Below, piece after piece: positions 1 to 10,492 of a stretch of DNA of 64,000 bases. Each line of letters begins with the position of its first letter. Positions within the stretch are counted from its first letter, which is position 1. Source of the stretch: an uncultured delta proteobacterium (lineage in GTDB: Bacteria; Desulfobacterota; Binatia; UBA9968); the NCBI GenBank assembly GCA_963760795.1, contig CAVXEP010000015.1, forward strand, positions 96,001 through 160,000, given 5' to 3'. The notes beneath the pieces were generated by a model. That model did not search any database and was not told the DNA's origin. It saw only the letters and a list, made by a program, of their open reading frames with translations. Made by a program: the position numbers and the translations under genes.

Positions 1-176
1 AACGTGGCGGTTTCATCGGTGCTCGCCCGCTAAACCCGACGGCGGCGGGTTGGCGATCTGGCAGCGAAATAAACTTGGCTTTGGACGAAGGTTCACGGCT
101 ACAGCATACGCCAAAAGGCCACCGTCTGTTGCCAGACGATGGCCTGTGACGTTCATTGCTTTGGTCCGGCGAGCGC

Positions 177-3100
177 CTACGAAACTTTATGCGTGGTGGG
201 GTTGTCGACGCCGAGATTCGCCGTCATGCCAGCCGCTGGCACAACGCTGGATTTGCCGCGCAAGCGCGCCGGCAGGCCGGTTGCGAGCGTCAGGAGTTTC
301 TCCATGTAAAGATAGACCACCGGAGTGATGTAGAGCGTTAGGATTTGCGAAATGACCAAGCCGCCGACCACCGCGATACCGAGTGGCTGGCGCGCTTCGG
401 CGCCGGCGCCCCAACCGACCGCAATGGGCACGGCGCCGACGATCGCCGCCATGGTGGTCATCATGATCGGCCGAAAACGCACCAAGGCCCCTTCGTAAAT
501 CGCCTGGGCCGGCGCTTTACCGTCGTTGCGCTGGGCGTCGAGGGCAAAGTCGATCATCATGATGGCGTTTTTCTTGACGATGCCGATCAACATGATCAAG
601 CCGACGAAGGCATAAATACTCAGGTCCATATTAAAAAGATAAAGTGCGATCAAAGCGCCGAGACCGGCGGAGGGTAGGCCGGAAAGTATCGTTAGCGGAT
701 GGATAAAGCTCTCATAGAGAATCCCCAAGACCAAGTAAACGACGAACACCGCGAGCGCTAAGAGAACCCATAAGCTCTTGAGGGACGATTGAAATTCCTG
801 AGCCGTGCCTTGAAAAGTGGTGCTGATCGTACCCGGCAGATTTTCACGCGCAAGCTTGTTGATGGTCGCCACTCCGTCTCCCAAGGCGACCCCCTCGCGC
901 AAGTTAAAAGAGATAGTCACCGAAGGGAGCTGGCCGGAGTGATTAACCGTAAGCGGTCCCACAGTATACTTGAGGGTAGCCAGAGAACCTAAAGGAACCA
1001 TCGGTTGCGCCGTCGCGGCTTGGCCGGTTGTCGAGCGTATATAGAGCATCGATAGCGCCGATGGGTCGTTTTGAAATTTCGGATCCAGCTCCAAAATCAC
1101 CTGGTATTGGTTGTTGGGCGTATTGATCGTCGAGACTTGCCGCGTCGCATAAGCGTTCCAGAAAGCCTCTTCGACCTGCCTTGGTGAAATTCCTTGCGCC
1201 GTAATCCCCATGGTCGCCATTTTGTCGCGGTCAATCACGACCTGCAACTGCGGATTCTTCAGCTGTAAATCGCTGCCGACATCTTGAAAATCCGGCAACG
1301 CTTTGATTTTTTCTTCGAATAACGCGGCGTTGCGGTAAAGTTCCGCTGCGTCCGGACTCTGCAGGGTAAACTGGTAAAGACTGCGGCTGAGTCGTCCGCC
1401 GACACGGATCACCGGCGGGTTCTGCAATGAAACGCGAATTCCCGGCACACGCGCCAGCTTGGGTCGCAATTCTCGAATCAGCTGATCGGCATTGAGTGGC
1501 TGGCAGGATTTACCCCATGCCCTCTCGGAGCAGACCACCGGCCGCTCTGAGCGCGCCTTGAGTTTCATAAAAATACGGCCGGTATTGCCGGTGAGTCCCA
1601 CACCGCCAACGCCGACGCTGGAGAAAAATGACTCGACATTGGGATCCTTGGCGACGATGGCGGCCAGCTGCTGCTGGTACCCGACCATTTGTTCATAGGA
1701 AACGCCTTGCGCCGCCTCGGTGTTGATCAGCAGTTGACCGGTATCTTCGCTCGGAATAAATCCCTTGGGCACCAAGCCAAACATATAGACGGTCGCAACC
1801 AATACCAGCAGCGAGACCACCATAGTCGTGACGTGGTGGCGCATCACCCAGCCGAGTGAACTTCCATAGCCATTATTCATCAGGTCCAAGCCGCGGCCGA
1901 GCAGATGATACAACCAACCATGCTTCTGATTATGCGCAGGACGGAGGTAACGGCTGGCGAGCATGGGAGTTAAACTTAACGAGATGAACCCCGAAACCAG
2001 AATCGCGACGCAGATAGTGACGGAAAATTCCCGCAGGATTCGTCCGAGCATGCCGCTCATAAACAGCACCGGGATGAAAACGCTCACCAGCGATATCGTC
2101 ATCGTGACGATCGTAAAGCCGATTTCCTGGGCGCCTTTGACCGCAGCTTCGTAGGGTGGCTCTCCCAACTCCATATGGCGGACGATGTTTTCGAGAACGA
2201 CGATGGCGTCGTCCACGACGAAACCAACGGCCAGGGTCAGCGCCATCAGCGACAGGTTGTCCAGGCTGTAATCGAGCAGATACATTACGGCAAACGTGCC
2301 GATGATCGACATCGGCAGGGCCAAGCTGGGAATAATCGTGGCGGACACGTTGCGTAGAAACAAGAAGATGACGAGGATGACCAGAAAGATCGTGCCGATC
2401 ATTGTCAATTGCACGTCGTGCACCGATTCGCGAATCGAAACGGTGCGGTCAAAAAAGACCTCCAATTTGATCGACTGCGGAATTTGCGCGCGCAAAGCCG
2501 GGAGAATATCCTTGACGGCATCGACGACTTCGACAACGTTGGCGCCCGGTTGCCGCTGTATTCCGAGGATGACGGCCCTTTTATCGTTGAACCAGCTGCC
2601 GACTCTGCTGTTCTCCACGCTATCGATCGCCGTGCCGACGTCTTGAATGCGCACCGCCGCGCCGTTGCGATAGGTGACGACCATCGGCCGATAAGCTTGC
2701 GCATTCGTCAGCTGCGCGTCTGAAACTAAGGTGTAGGCACGGGTGGGGGCATTCAACGTTCCCACCGGCAGGTCGACGTTACCGCGCAGCACGGCGGCGA
2801 CCACATCGTCGATGCCAACCTGGCGGGCGGCCAGCTGATTGGGATCGAGCTGGATCCGCACCGCGTATTTTTGCGAGCCGATGACATCGACCTGGGCAAC
2901 GCCGCTCACCATCGAGATCCGCTGCGCTAAAATCGTCTGGGCAAATTCATCGACGGTCGACAAAGGCAGTGTCGGCGAGGTCAACGCCAATAGCAAAATG
3001 GAATTGTTCGCCGGATTGACCTTCCGGTAAGATGGCGGAGTCGGCATATTGGGCGGCAGGTCGCGCGCCGAACGGGCGATCATCGCCTGCACGTCTTGAG

Positions 3101-3413
3101 CCGCGGCATCGACGTTGCGGCTCAAACTAAACTGCAGAGTTATTTGCGTCCGGCCCAAACTGCTGGTCGAACTCATGGAATCGAGGCCGGCAATGGTCGA
3201 GAAGTTTTTTTCCAGCGGCGTTGCCACCCCCGATGCCATGGTTTCGGCGCTTGCCCCGGGCAGATTGGCGTTGACCGTAATGGTCGGAAAATCCACCGTC
3301 GGAAGATCGCTTACCGGCAGCGACCTGTAACCCAAAGTGCCGAAGATCAGAATGCCAATCATGATCAGCGTGGTGGTTACCGGACGGCGTATGAATATTG
3401 CGGAGATGTTCAT
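177..3413 (-). CDS. RND efflux permease (AcrB/MdtB-C-like)
   Basis: 1078 aa; MNISAIFIRRPV N-terminus; proton-relay motifs VVDDAIV, VKKNAI, RFRPIMMT. Confidence 0.95.
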   Translation of the reverse strand: MNISAIFIRRPVTTTLIMIGILIFGTLGYRSLPVSDLPTVDFPTITVNANLPGASAETMASGVATPLEKNFSTIAGLDSMSSTSSLGRTQITLQFSLSRNVDAAAQDVQAMIARSARDLPPNMPTPPSYRKVNPANNSILLLALTSPTLPLSTVDEFAQTILAQRISMVSGVAQVDVIGSQKYAVRIQLDPNQLAARQVGIDDVVAAVLRGNVDLPVGTLNAPTRAYTLVSDAQLTNAQAYRPMVVTYRNGAAVRIQDVGTAIDSVENSRVGSWFNDKRAVILGIQRQPGANVVEVVDAVKDILPALRAQIPQSIKLEVFFDRTVSIRESVHDVQLTMIGTIFLVILVIFLFLRNVSATIIPSLALPMSIIGTFAVMYLLDYSLDNLSLMALTLAVGFVVDDAIVVLENIVRHMELGEPPYEAAVKGAQEIGFTIVTMTISLVSVFIPVLFMSGMLGRILREFSVTICVAILVSGFISLSLTPMLASRYLRPAHNQKHGWLYHLLGRGLDLMNNGYGSSLGWVMRHHVTTMVVSLLVLVATVYMFGLVPKGFIPSEDTGQLLINTEAAQGVSYEQMVGYQQQLAAIVAKDPNVESFFSSVGVGGVGLTGNTGRIFMKLKARSERPVVCSERAWGKSCQPLNADQLIRELRPKLARVPGIRVSLQNPPVIRVGGRLSRSLYQFTLQSPDAAELYRNAALFEEKIKALPDFQDVGSDLQLKNPQLQVVIDRDKMATMGITAQGISPRQVEEAFWNAYATRQVSTINTPNNQYQVILELDPKFQNDPSALSMLYIRSTTGQAATAQPMVPLGSLATLKYTVGPLTVNHSGQLPSVTISFNLREGVALGDGVATINKLARENLPGTISTTFQGTAQEFQSSLKSLWVLLALAVFVVYLVLGILYESFIHPLTILSGLPSAGLGALIALYLFNMDLSIYAFVGLIMLIGIVKKNAIMMIDFALDAQRNDGKAPAQAIYEGALVRFRPIMMTTMAAIVGAVPIAVGWGAGAEARQPLGIAVVGGLVISQILTLYITPVVYLYMEKLLTLATGLPARLRGKSSVVPAAGMTANLGVDNPTTHKVS

Positions 3414-4699
3414 GATGCTCCTCTTTTTTCTTCCGCCTTAGCTTTGTCTCTCTTGCCTCGGTTGGCGCCACCCTTCTTCGTCTCCGCCGTGGTTTTCTCT
3501 GCCGCGCCGCTCTGGTCCTTGATGTCCACGCGCGATTCCGGGCCCAGCAAAAACTGCCCTTCACGCACGACTTGTTCACCGACGGCCAGGCCTTTAGCGA
3601 TGATCGCTAGACCTTCGCTCGAGCTGCCCATCGTCACCGGTCTAACCTCGACCCGTTTGTCTTCTTTGACCACGAAAACATACTGGCCGTCCTGACCGAC
3701 TTGGACCGCCTCGGCGGGAATGACTACCGCATCCCCTTGCGTCTCCAACGTCAGCGCTACGTTAACGAATTGACCGGGCCAAAGCCGTCTTTCCTGATTC
3801 ATGAACTCGGCCTTCAGCTTAACGGTGCCTGTGGACCGATCAACGGCATTATCGACAAATGCCAATACGCCCTGTTCCGGCCGGCCTTCATCCGATTGGA
3901 ATCTCGCCTCCGCCTTTAATTTACCGCCAGCCATATGCCTTTTGAGATCGGCCAAATTCTGTTCGGGCACAGCGAACGTGACATTGATAGGATTGATTTG
4001 GTTGATGACTACCAGCGGCGCGCCGTCATTGAGCCGAATCAAGTTTCCTTCATTGATCAACAGGCTGCCGATGCGACCAGTGACGGGTGAATAAATGTAG
4101 CAGTAGCTAAGCTGTACTTTGGCGTTATCGACAACGGCTCTGTCCGCATCGACCACCGCTTCCGCGGCATCCGCATTGGCTTTGATTTGATCGTATTGTT
4201 CGCGCGAGACATATTGCTTATCGACTAACTCGCTATAGCGTTTTAGCTGCTCGCGCATGTTCCTTAACTGCGCGCTGTCGCGCGCCAAAGCCGCCTCGGC
4301 CTGTTTGAGCGCTGCTTCGAGCGGGCGTGGATCTACGGTAAAGAGCAATTGTCCGTCTTTGACGTCCTGACCTTCCTTAAAATGAGCTTTCTGAAGCACC
4401 CCGGTGACTTGGCTCTTGATCGAAACGGTGGTGTAAGCTTCGACATTGCCAACGGCGCGAAGTTGAATCGGCACTGATTTTTGCATCGCCGTCGCGACCA
4501 GCACCGGCACTCCTTCGCGGCCTGGGCCTCGACCACCACCGCCAGCGCTCCGGCCTTGCCCCTGGCCGGCGCCACCTTGGGGTTTTGCCGTCGCGTCGTC
4601 TTGGGGTTTCTTATTGAGCGACCAGGATTGATACTGTTGGAAGCCGGCAAAGCCGCCGACTACGATAAGCAATGCTAGGATCCAAAGAGTGCGTTTCAT
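3410..4699 (-). CDS. RND periplasmic adaptor (MdtA-like membrane fusion protein)
   Basis: N-terminal TM, lipoyl/helical-hairpin pattern, VDRSTGT and LWPGQFV motifs; 4-nt overlap with permease. Confidence 0.93.
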   Translation of the reverse strand: MKRTLWILALLIVVGGFAGFQQYQSWSLNKKPQDDATAKPQGGAGQGQGRSAGGGGRGPGREGVPVLVATAMQKSVPIQLRAVGNVEAYTTVSIKSQVTGVLQKAHFKEGQDVKDGQLLFTVDPRPLEAALKQAEAALARDSAQLRNMREQLKRYSELVDKQYVSREQYDQIKANADAAEAVVDADRAVVDNAKVQLSYCYIYSPVTGRIGSLLINEGNLIRLNDGAPLVVINQINPINVTFAVPEQNLADLKRHMAGGKLKAEARFQSDEGRPEQGVLAFVDNAVDRSTGTVKLKAEFMNQERRLWPGQFVNVALTLETQGDAVVIPAEAVQVGQDGQYVFVVKEDKRVEVRPVTMGSSSEGLAIIAKGLAVGEQVVREGQFLLGPESRVDIKDQSGAAEKTTAETKKGGANRGKRDKAKAEEKRGAS

Positions 4700-4733
4700 A
4701 GGGTTACTAGTATACCCCTTTCTGACGTTGGAC

Positions 4734-6155
4734 CTATTTGATCGAGTTCTGTTTCAAGACGCCGACCCGGGTATCGCCCATGGCGCGCGCCAGCTGCGCG
4801 TCGGCAATCTTGTACTCATAAATGGTGCGTACATACGTGGTTTGCGCGTCCGTGTAAAGGGTCTCGGCATCGGTTACTTCGATAATCGACCCGACCCCAA
4901 CCTGGTAGCGGCCTTGAGCGAGATCGAGGTTCTCCTTGGACGCCCTGGCCGCCGACTCCGTGGCTCTGATGCGCTCCTGGGTTTCCACCACTCTGAGGTA
5001 GCTCTGCTCCACCTCCAAGGCGATCAGCTGCCGTCGGTCCTCTTCCTGGGCTTTTACGTTGTAATAATTGTGGAGCGTCTCTTCGACCCTTTGCGTAGTG
5101 CGAAAACCGTCGAAGATCGGGATGTTAAGGCTTAACTGAACGAACCAAGCGGGCTGCAACGGAAAGGTGTTGAGATGACGGTGTGGACCACCGGTAGGCC
5201 CTTCCACTTCATTGCTTATATGTCGTCTTCCGTAACTGGAGTCAAAAATTAGATCAGGCAGATGGCCACGCCGGGCTGCGGCGATCAATTGGTCAGATGC
5301 CTTGCGTTGCGCCTCGAAGCTTTTTAATTCGGTGCGCGTATCGAATGCGACATTTCGAGCACCCGCTAGATTTATGGAAAACTCCACTTCGGGAGAATCT
5401 TCGGCCACCGGCTGTTCTGGCAAGCGTGGCGATCCCATCGCGTTGCGCAGAGTGACCCAAGCGACTTTAACCGCATTTTCGGTGGCGATGAGGTCGGCTT
5501 GCGCCGTGTAAAGGTTGGCTTCCGCCCGCGCGACATCGATCTTGGCCCGCGTACCCACCTCAAAGAAGCCTGTGGCCTGGCGCACCAGCAGCTCTCGGCT
5601 CCGCACGGTTTCCTGGCGCACCTTGACGAGCGCTTGTGCCCCCAAGTAAACATAATAAGCCTGCTTGACCGAAAGAACGATATCCTGAGTCGTCGTCGCG
5701 TAGTCCTGTTGCACCGCGCCCAAGGTTTCGCGCGATGCTTGCACGTTGGCCTCGCGCTTGCCGAAATTGTAAAGCGTCATGTTGAAGTTCGCTACGCTGG
5801 TGATCGTGTCGGACGCCGACGCGCCGGGAACCGCTGTACCGGTATAAGCAGCTCTGTATAGGTTAGCGAAGGTAACCGTCGGGTAATAAGCGGCCATTTG
5901 TTGGCCGACAACCGCCTGCTGGGACAAGATACGTTCATTGGCCGATTTGATCCTCGGATGGTTATCCAAACCGATCCGCACCGCGTCTTCGATGGTCAGC
6001 AGTTTTCCAGTTGGTGATAGTGCAGCTTGCGCTCCTGGTACCGCCTGAACCTGTAGCTGAATCTCGGCCGCTTGGGCAACCGCTGCGAGCCCTGCCGACT
6101 GCGTCAATGCAAAAGCAATCAGCCATGTTGTAAGATTTTTGGTACGCCCGGTCAT
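4734..6155 (-). CDS. TolC-family outer membrane efflux protein
   Basis: Signal peptide, LSLNIPIFDG, RYQVGVGSIIEV; upstream of MFP and RND genes. Confidence 0.92.
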   Translation of the reverse strand: MTGRTKNLTTWLIAFALTQSAGLAAVAQAAEIQLQVQAVPGAQAALSPTGKLLTIEDAVRIGLDNHPRIKSANERILSQQAVVGQQMAAYYPTVTFANLYRAAYTGTAVPGASASDTITSVANFNMTLYNFGKREANVQASRETLGAVQQDYATTTQDIVLSVKQAYYVYLGAQALVKVRQETVRSRELLVRQATGFFEVGTRAKIDVARAEANLYTAQADLIATENAVKVAWVTLRNAMGSPRLPEQPVAEDSPEVEFSINLAGARNVAFDTRTELKSFEAQRKASDQLIAAARRGHLPDLIFDSSYGRRHISNEVEGPTGGPHRHLNTFPLQPAWFVQLSLNIPIFDGFRTTQRVEETLHNYYNVKAQEEDRRQLIALEVEQSYLRVVETQERIRATESAARASKENLDLAQGRYQVGVGSIIEVTDAETLYTDAQTTYVRTIYEYKIADAQLARAMGDTRVGVLKQNSIK

Positions 6156-6275
6156 ACTTTTCCCCCTTACTTAAGCGCGCTAAATTCTATCGGTTTTACC
6201 GTTCTTATGCAAAATCAAATCAAAGTGCTAGAGCCCCGTCCACGAGCCATAGAGACACCCTACGCCGAACCCAAT

Positions 6276-7046
6276 TTAGGGCAGGATAGCGAAGATTCGC
6301 AGCGGCGCGCCGCTGCCGCCTTTGATTTTCATGGGAATGGCGTAAATCGTCGCGTTTTTTGCCGGCAGGCGGTCCAGGTTAGCGACGTTTTCCAAGATCG
6401 ACAGATTCGCCGCGCCAAGTATCTGATGCGTGGGGAATTCCTGCGACGGTCCGTGATCGATGCTCGGGGTATCGATACCGACGGCTTTGATACGCCTCTG
6501 TTTGACCAGGAATTCGGCTGCCTCTTTAGAAAGCCCGGGGAAATGGAGATTGTCGGTGTCGCCCGGGGTGTCGGTACCGAAGTAGCGTTTGCGGTCGCCC
6601 CAGAATTTGCCCCAACCCGAACGAATCAACAAGATCGCGCCGATGGGAATGCGCCCATGAGCTTTTTCCCAAGCGCCAATGTCGCTCAGCTGCAATTTGT
6701 AATCGGCATCTTTCCCAACCTGTCGGCTCACATCGATGACGACTCCAGGTCCAATGAGTTGCGACAGTGGAATCTGCTCGGCGGTCCTTTTGCCCTCGGC
6801 GAAATGAAACGGCGCGTCCAAGTGCGTACCGACATGCTCCGAGCCGCCGTAGTTATAGGACGAATACCAGAAGCCGCCCGGGGTTTTGCCTTCCGCGACT
6901 TTTTCGAGGTGAAAGGGTTTCGCCGTCGGCCAATGATGAGTTTCAGCACTGAACTCGTAGGTCAGATCGACCAGTTTTTTCTCATCGAGCGCGTGCGCCG
7001 GGTATGCCATCATCAGCGCGAACGTCATCGCGATTAGCTTAGTCAT
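6276..7046 (-). CDS. Cyclase family (kynurenine formamidase-like) metal hydrolase with signal peptide
   Basis: HVGTHLDAPFH, GIDTPSID, ENVANL, GGSGAPLR motifs; start at MTKLIAM. Confidence 0.9.
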   Translation of the reverse strand: MTKLIAMTFALMMAYPAHALDEKKLVDLTYEFSAETHHWPTAKPFHLEKVAEGKTPGGFWYSSYNYGGSEHVGTHLDAPFHFAEGKRTAEQIPLSQLIGPGVVIDVSRQVGKDADYKLQLSDIGAWEKAHGRIPIGAILLIRSGWGKFWGDRKRYFGTDTPGDTDNLHFPGLSKEAAEFLVKQRRIKAVGIDTPSIDHGPSQEFPTHQILGAANLSILENVANLDRLPAKNATIYAIPMKIKGGSGAPLRIFAILP

Positions 7047-7124
7047 GACAGAACCTCCCAAAGTTTGATAAGTCTGGCGCGAGGAACTGCTTAGAGATGA
7101 GCCGTTGAAAATTTGGCCAAGCAA

Positions 7125-7585
7125 TTAGCGACTGCCACGCAGACTGTCCAACTGACGGCGCGCTTCGGCAAAACCAGGATTGATCTTGAGCGCGGCACTG
7201 CGAATTCCTGTTCCGCTTCACCGCGCCGGCCGGCATCGACAAACGCGCGCCCAAGCTCGTAATGCGCCACGTCGTCATCGGGACACAGCTGTAATCCCTG
7301 CTGATATAGCGAAATCTGTTCGTCGCGGTTTGTCGACAGCTGGGCCTTTTCGAAGTAGTCGCGGAAGGCGCGGTTGCATTGATCTGAAATCTGCTTCCCC
7401 TGCCTCATGGCTTCGAGTTCTGCCCGTTGCCTGGCCATCTCCGCGTTCTGCTCCTTAATCTGTTCCTGTTGCTTCTTTAGGTCTTCCTCCAGATAACGGG
7501 TGAGACAGGAGGACAATGGCGCGATACTCAATAGTAACAAGACGACACAAGCCAGCGTGGATTTGTTTCGCGGCAACCTTTTCAT
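7125..7585 (-). CDS. Coiled-coil/TPR lipoprotein (frameshift near 7195)
   Basis: Lipobox-like LSSC; TPR AHYELGRAF; alternate frame continues AALKINPGFAEARRQL to TAA at 7125. Confidence 0.7.
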
Positions 7586-7629
7586 GATCTGCTCCAATTT
7601 GCCTGAATAACTCGCAAGTCGAGAGACTC

Positions 7630-9974
7630 TTACGATTGGCTTTCTGCTAGCGCAAGAAAAATCTTTTCCGCCTTGATCGGCAGATCCTTGATGCGCACAC
7701 CGACGGCGTCGTAAATCGCGTTGGCGATGGCGGGAGCGACCGGGATCAGCGCGCTTTCACCGATGCCCTTGGCGCCAAAGGGGCCGTTGCGGTCCGGCAC
7801 TTCGACGGCGATCGAATCGATCACCGCCGGCATGTCGCCCAGCGAGGGCAGGACATAATCGACTAAATTGGGATTGATCAACTGGCCGTTGTCGTAGGCG
7901 ATCTCTTCGAACATCGCCTGGCCCATGCCGGTAATCGCCGCGCCGGCCAACTGCTGTTGACAGCCGAGCGGATTGAGCGCCTTGCCGACATCGACGGCGC
8001 TGGCGTATTTCAATAATTTGAATTTGCCGGTGTCAATGTCGACTTCCACTTCGGCGGCGCCGGCGGCGAGAAACCAAAACGCCGAGGTGCTCTTTTCGCC
8101 GAACTCGTCTTTAGTCGAAGTCTTCACCTGCCCTTCGCCGACCAAGGTGCCGCCCTGCATGCCAAAGCGCTTGAACATCACCTCGGCATAATCGAGCTGC
8201 GCTTCCGGCAGACGAATCTTGCCGTCGGCGAAATCGATTTTGTCTTCCGGCACGTCGTATTCCTTGACAACGATCTGCTTGAGTTGGCGCTTGATATCCT
8301 GGGCGGCCAGCTGCACCGCTTTGCCCATGTGAAAGGTCGAACGGCTCGACGAAGTGGTCAAATCGTACGGCACCACGTCGGTGTCGACGCCGAGCACTTG
8401 AATGGTCGGCATCGGAATACCCAACTCCTTGCCGGCAATCTGCGCCAGCACGGTCTCCGATCCCTGCCCCATCTCCACGGTCCCGCTATATATAGATAGG
8501 CTCGCGTCTTCGTTCAGTTTCACCACCGCGCAGGAAATCGACGGCGTAATCGTCGCCTTGATCATGCAGGCCAACCCTTTGCCGCGACGCAAGTCCCTCC
8601 GGTTGAACCCTTCGACGGACTCAGGGCAGGCTCTTGAACCGTTGAACCCTTGAACTTATTCGAATCCCACCCGATCGACTTCGCCACTTCGTCAATACAC
8701 TCTTTCAATCCCACCGCTCGCAGCGTCTCTTCGGTAACGAACTTATCGCCCTCGTTGTAGCCGTTGTGCTTGCGCAGCTCCACCGGGTCCATCTTAAGCG
8801 CCGCGGCGATGATGTCCATCTGCGACTCCACCGCCCACGCCGACTGCGATACGCCGAAGCCGCGGAACGCGCCGGCCGGCGGCTTGTTGGTGTAGACCGA
8901 ATAGGAATCGATTTTTAAGTTGGCAATCTTATACGGTCCCGCCGCCGTGTAGCCGGATTTTTTCGCCACCCGCGGGCCGATCTCGGCATAGGCGCCGGTG
9001 TCGAGATGAATCTCGCACTCGCGCGCGATCAGCGTGCCGTCGTTTTTAACGCCGGTCTTCATGCGGATCACCGCCGCATGCTTGGTGATGGTGTAAAAAA
9101 CTTCTTCGCGGGAAAGCACCAAGCGCACCGGCCGGCCGGCTTTCTGCGACAACGCCACGGTGATCGGTTCGACCTTAGGATAGACTTTGCCGCCGTAGCC
9201 GCCGCCGAGGTAAGGCACGATCACGCGCACCTTTGCCACCGGAACTTTGAAAATATTCGCCAGCTGGGTGCGCACCACGAACGGATTCTGCGTCGTCGCC
9301 CAGACGGTGATGCGTCCGCCGGGCTCGACGGACGCGATGCAGGCGTGGGTCTCAAGAAAACAATGCTGCGTCGCCGGCAGCGTGAAGGTATCTTCGAAAA
9401 CATGATCCGCTTCGGCGAAACCTTTGTCGATGTCGCCGCGATTGAGGCGGAAGTGGGTGCAAAGGTTAGTGCCGTCGATGGGCTTCAAGTCGGCGAGATC
9501 GGCAAAACCGGAAGCCGGCAGCTTGACCGAGTCGTGAACCAGCATCGCGCCGGGCTTGAGCGCGTCGTCAATGTTGAGCACCGCCGGCAGCTCTTCATAA
9601 TCGACTTCGATCAGCTTGAGCGCCGCTTCGGCGGCATCGATGGTCAATGCCGCCACCGCCGCCACCGGATCGCCGACATGGCGTACCTTCTCCGTCGCGA
9701 CGATGGTCTGATCCTTGAACACCGGCCCGTAAAACGGCTCGATGCCTTGGTCGTGCAAAATGTCATCGCGCGTCAGCACCGCCATGACGCCGGGAACTTT
9801 CTCAGCCTTGGTGGCGTCGATACGTGTAATCCGCGCATGCGGGTAAGGGCTGCGCAAAATCTTGCCATGCAACATCCCCGGCACGCTCATGTCCGCCAGA
9901 TACTGCGCCCGTCCGGTCACTTTGGTTTCGTAATCCAGCCGGCGATAGGATTTGCCGATTTCAGTGGATTCCAT
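7630..9974 (-). CDS. Xanthine dehydrogenase family Mo-binding large subunit (one frameshift near 8595)
   Basis: ORFs 8562-9974 and 7630-8592 join into one subunit: KVTGRAQY, GGGYGGK, AFRGFG, MGQG, SSRS, GAKGIGE. Confidence 0.92.
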
Positions 9975-10018
9975 TTTTGTTCTCTACAACCTTGATACTC
10001 GTGTCCTAAATTCCGTCC

Positions 10019-10483
10019 TTACGCCTCACCCCTAACGTTCTTCACCGCCTGCATAATCTCCTGATAGCAACCGCAGCGGCAGAAGTTGCCCGCCAGATAA
10101 TCGCGAATCTCCTGATCGGATGGCTGCGGACACTCATCGAGCAGCGCTTTGGCGGTTAAAATAAAGCCGGACGTACAGTAACCGCACTGCAGCGCGCCAA
10201 ACTCCATGAACGCTTCTTGAAGCGGATGGAGTTTGTCCTTGCTACTCAAACCTTCGATGGTCTCGATCGCGCAACCGTCCACGTCGACAGCTAACATCGA
10301 ACAAGCGCTCACCGGCTTGCCATCGACCAACAACGTGCACGCACCGCAAACTTGGATATCGCAGCCCAACTTCGCGCCGGTGAGCCCAAACTGCTCCCGC
10401 ACTAAGTCCAGCAGCGTCGTGCGCGCTTCGACTTCCACGCTACGCTCGCTGCCGTTAACTTTGAGTGAAATAGTTTTTTTCAT
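10019..10483 (-). CDS. XDH-family (2Fe-2S) small subunit
   Basis: GCDIQVCGAC...C, QCGYC, NFCRCGCY. Confidence 0.95.
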   Translation of the reverse strand: MKKTISLKVNGSERSVEVEARTTLLDLVREQFGLTGAKLGCDIQVCGACTLLVDGKPVSACSMLAVDVDGCAIETIEGLSSKDKLHPLQEAFMEFGALQCGYCTSGFILTAKALLDECPQPSDQEIRDYLAGNFCRCGCYQEIMQAVKNVRGEA

Positions 10484-10492
10484 GATTTCGAA

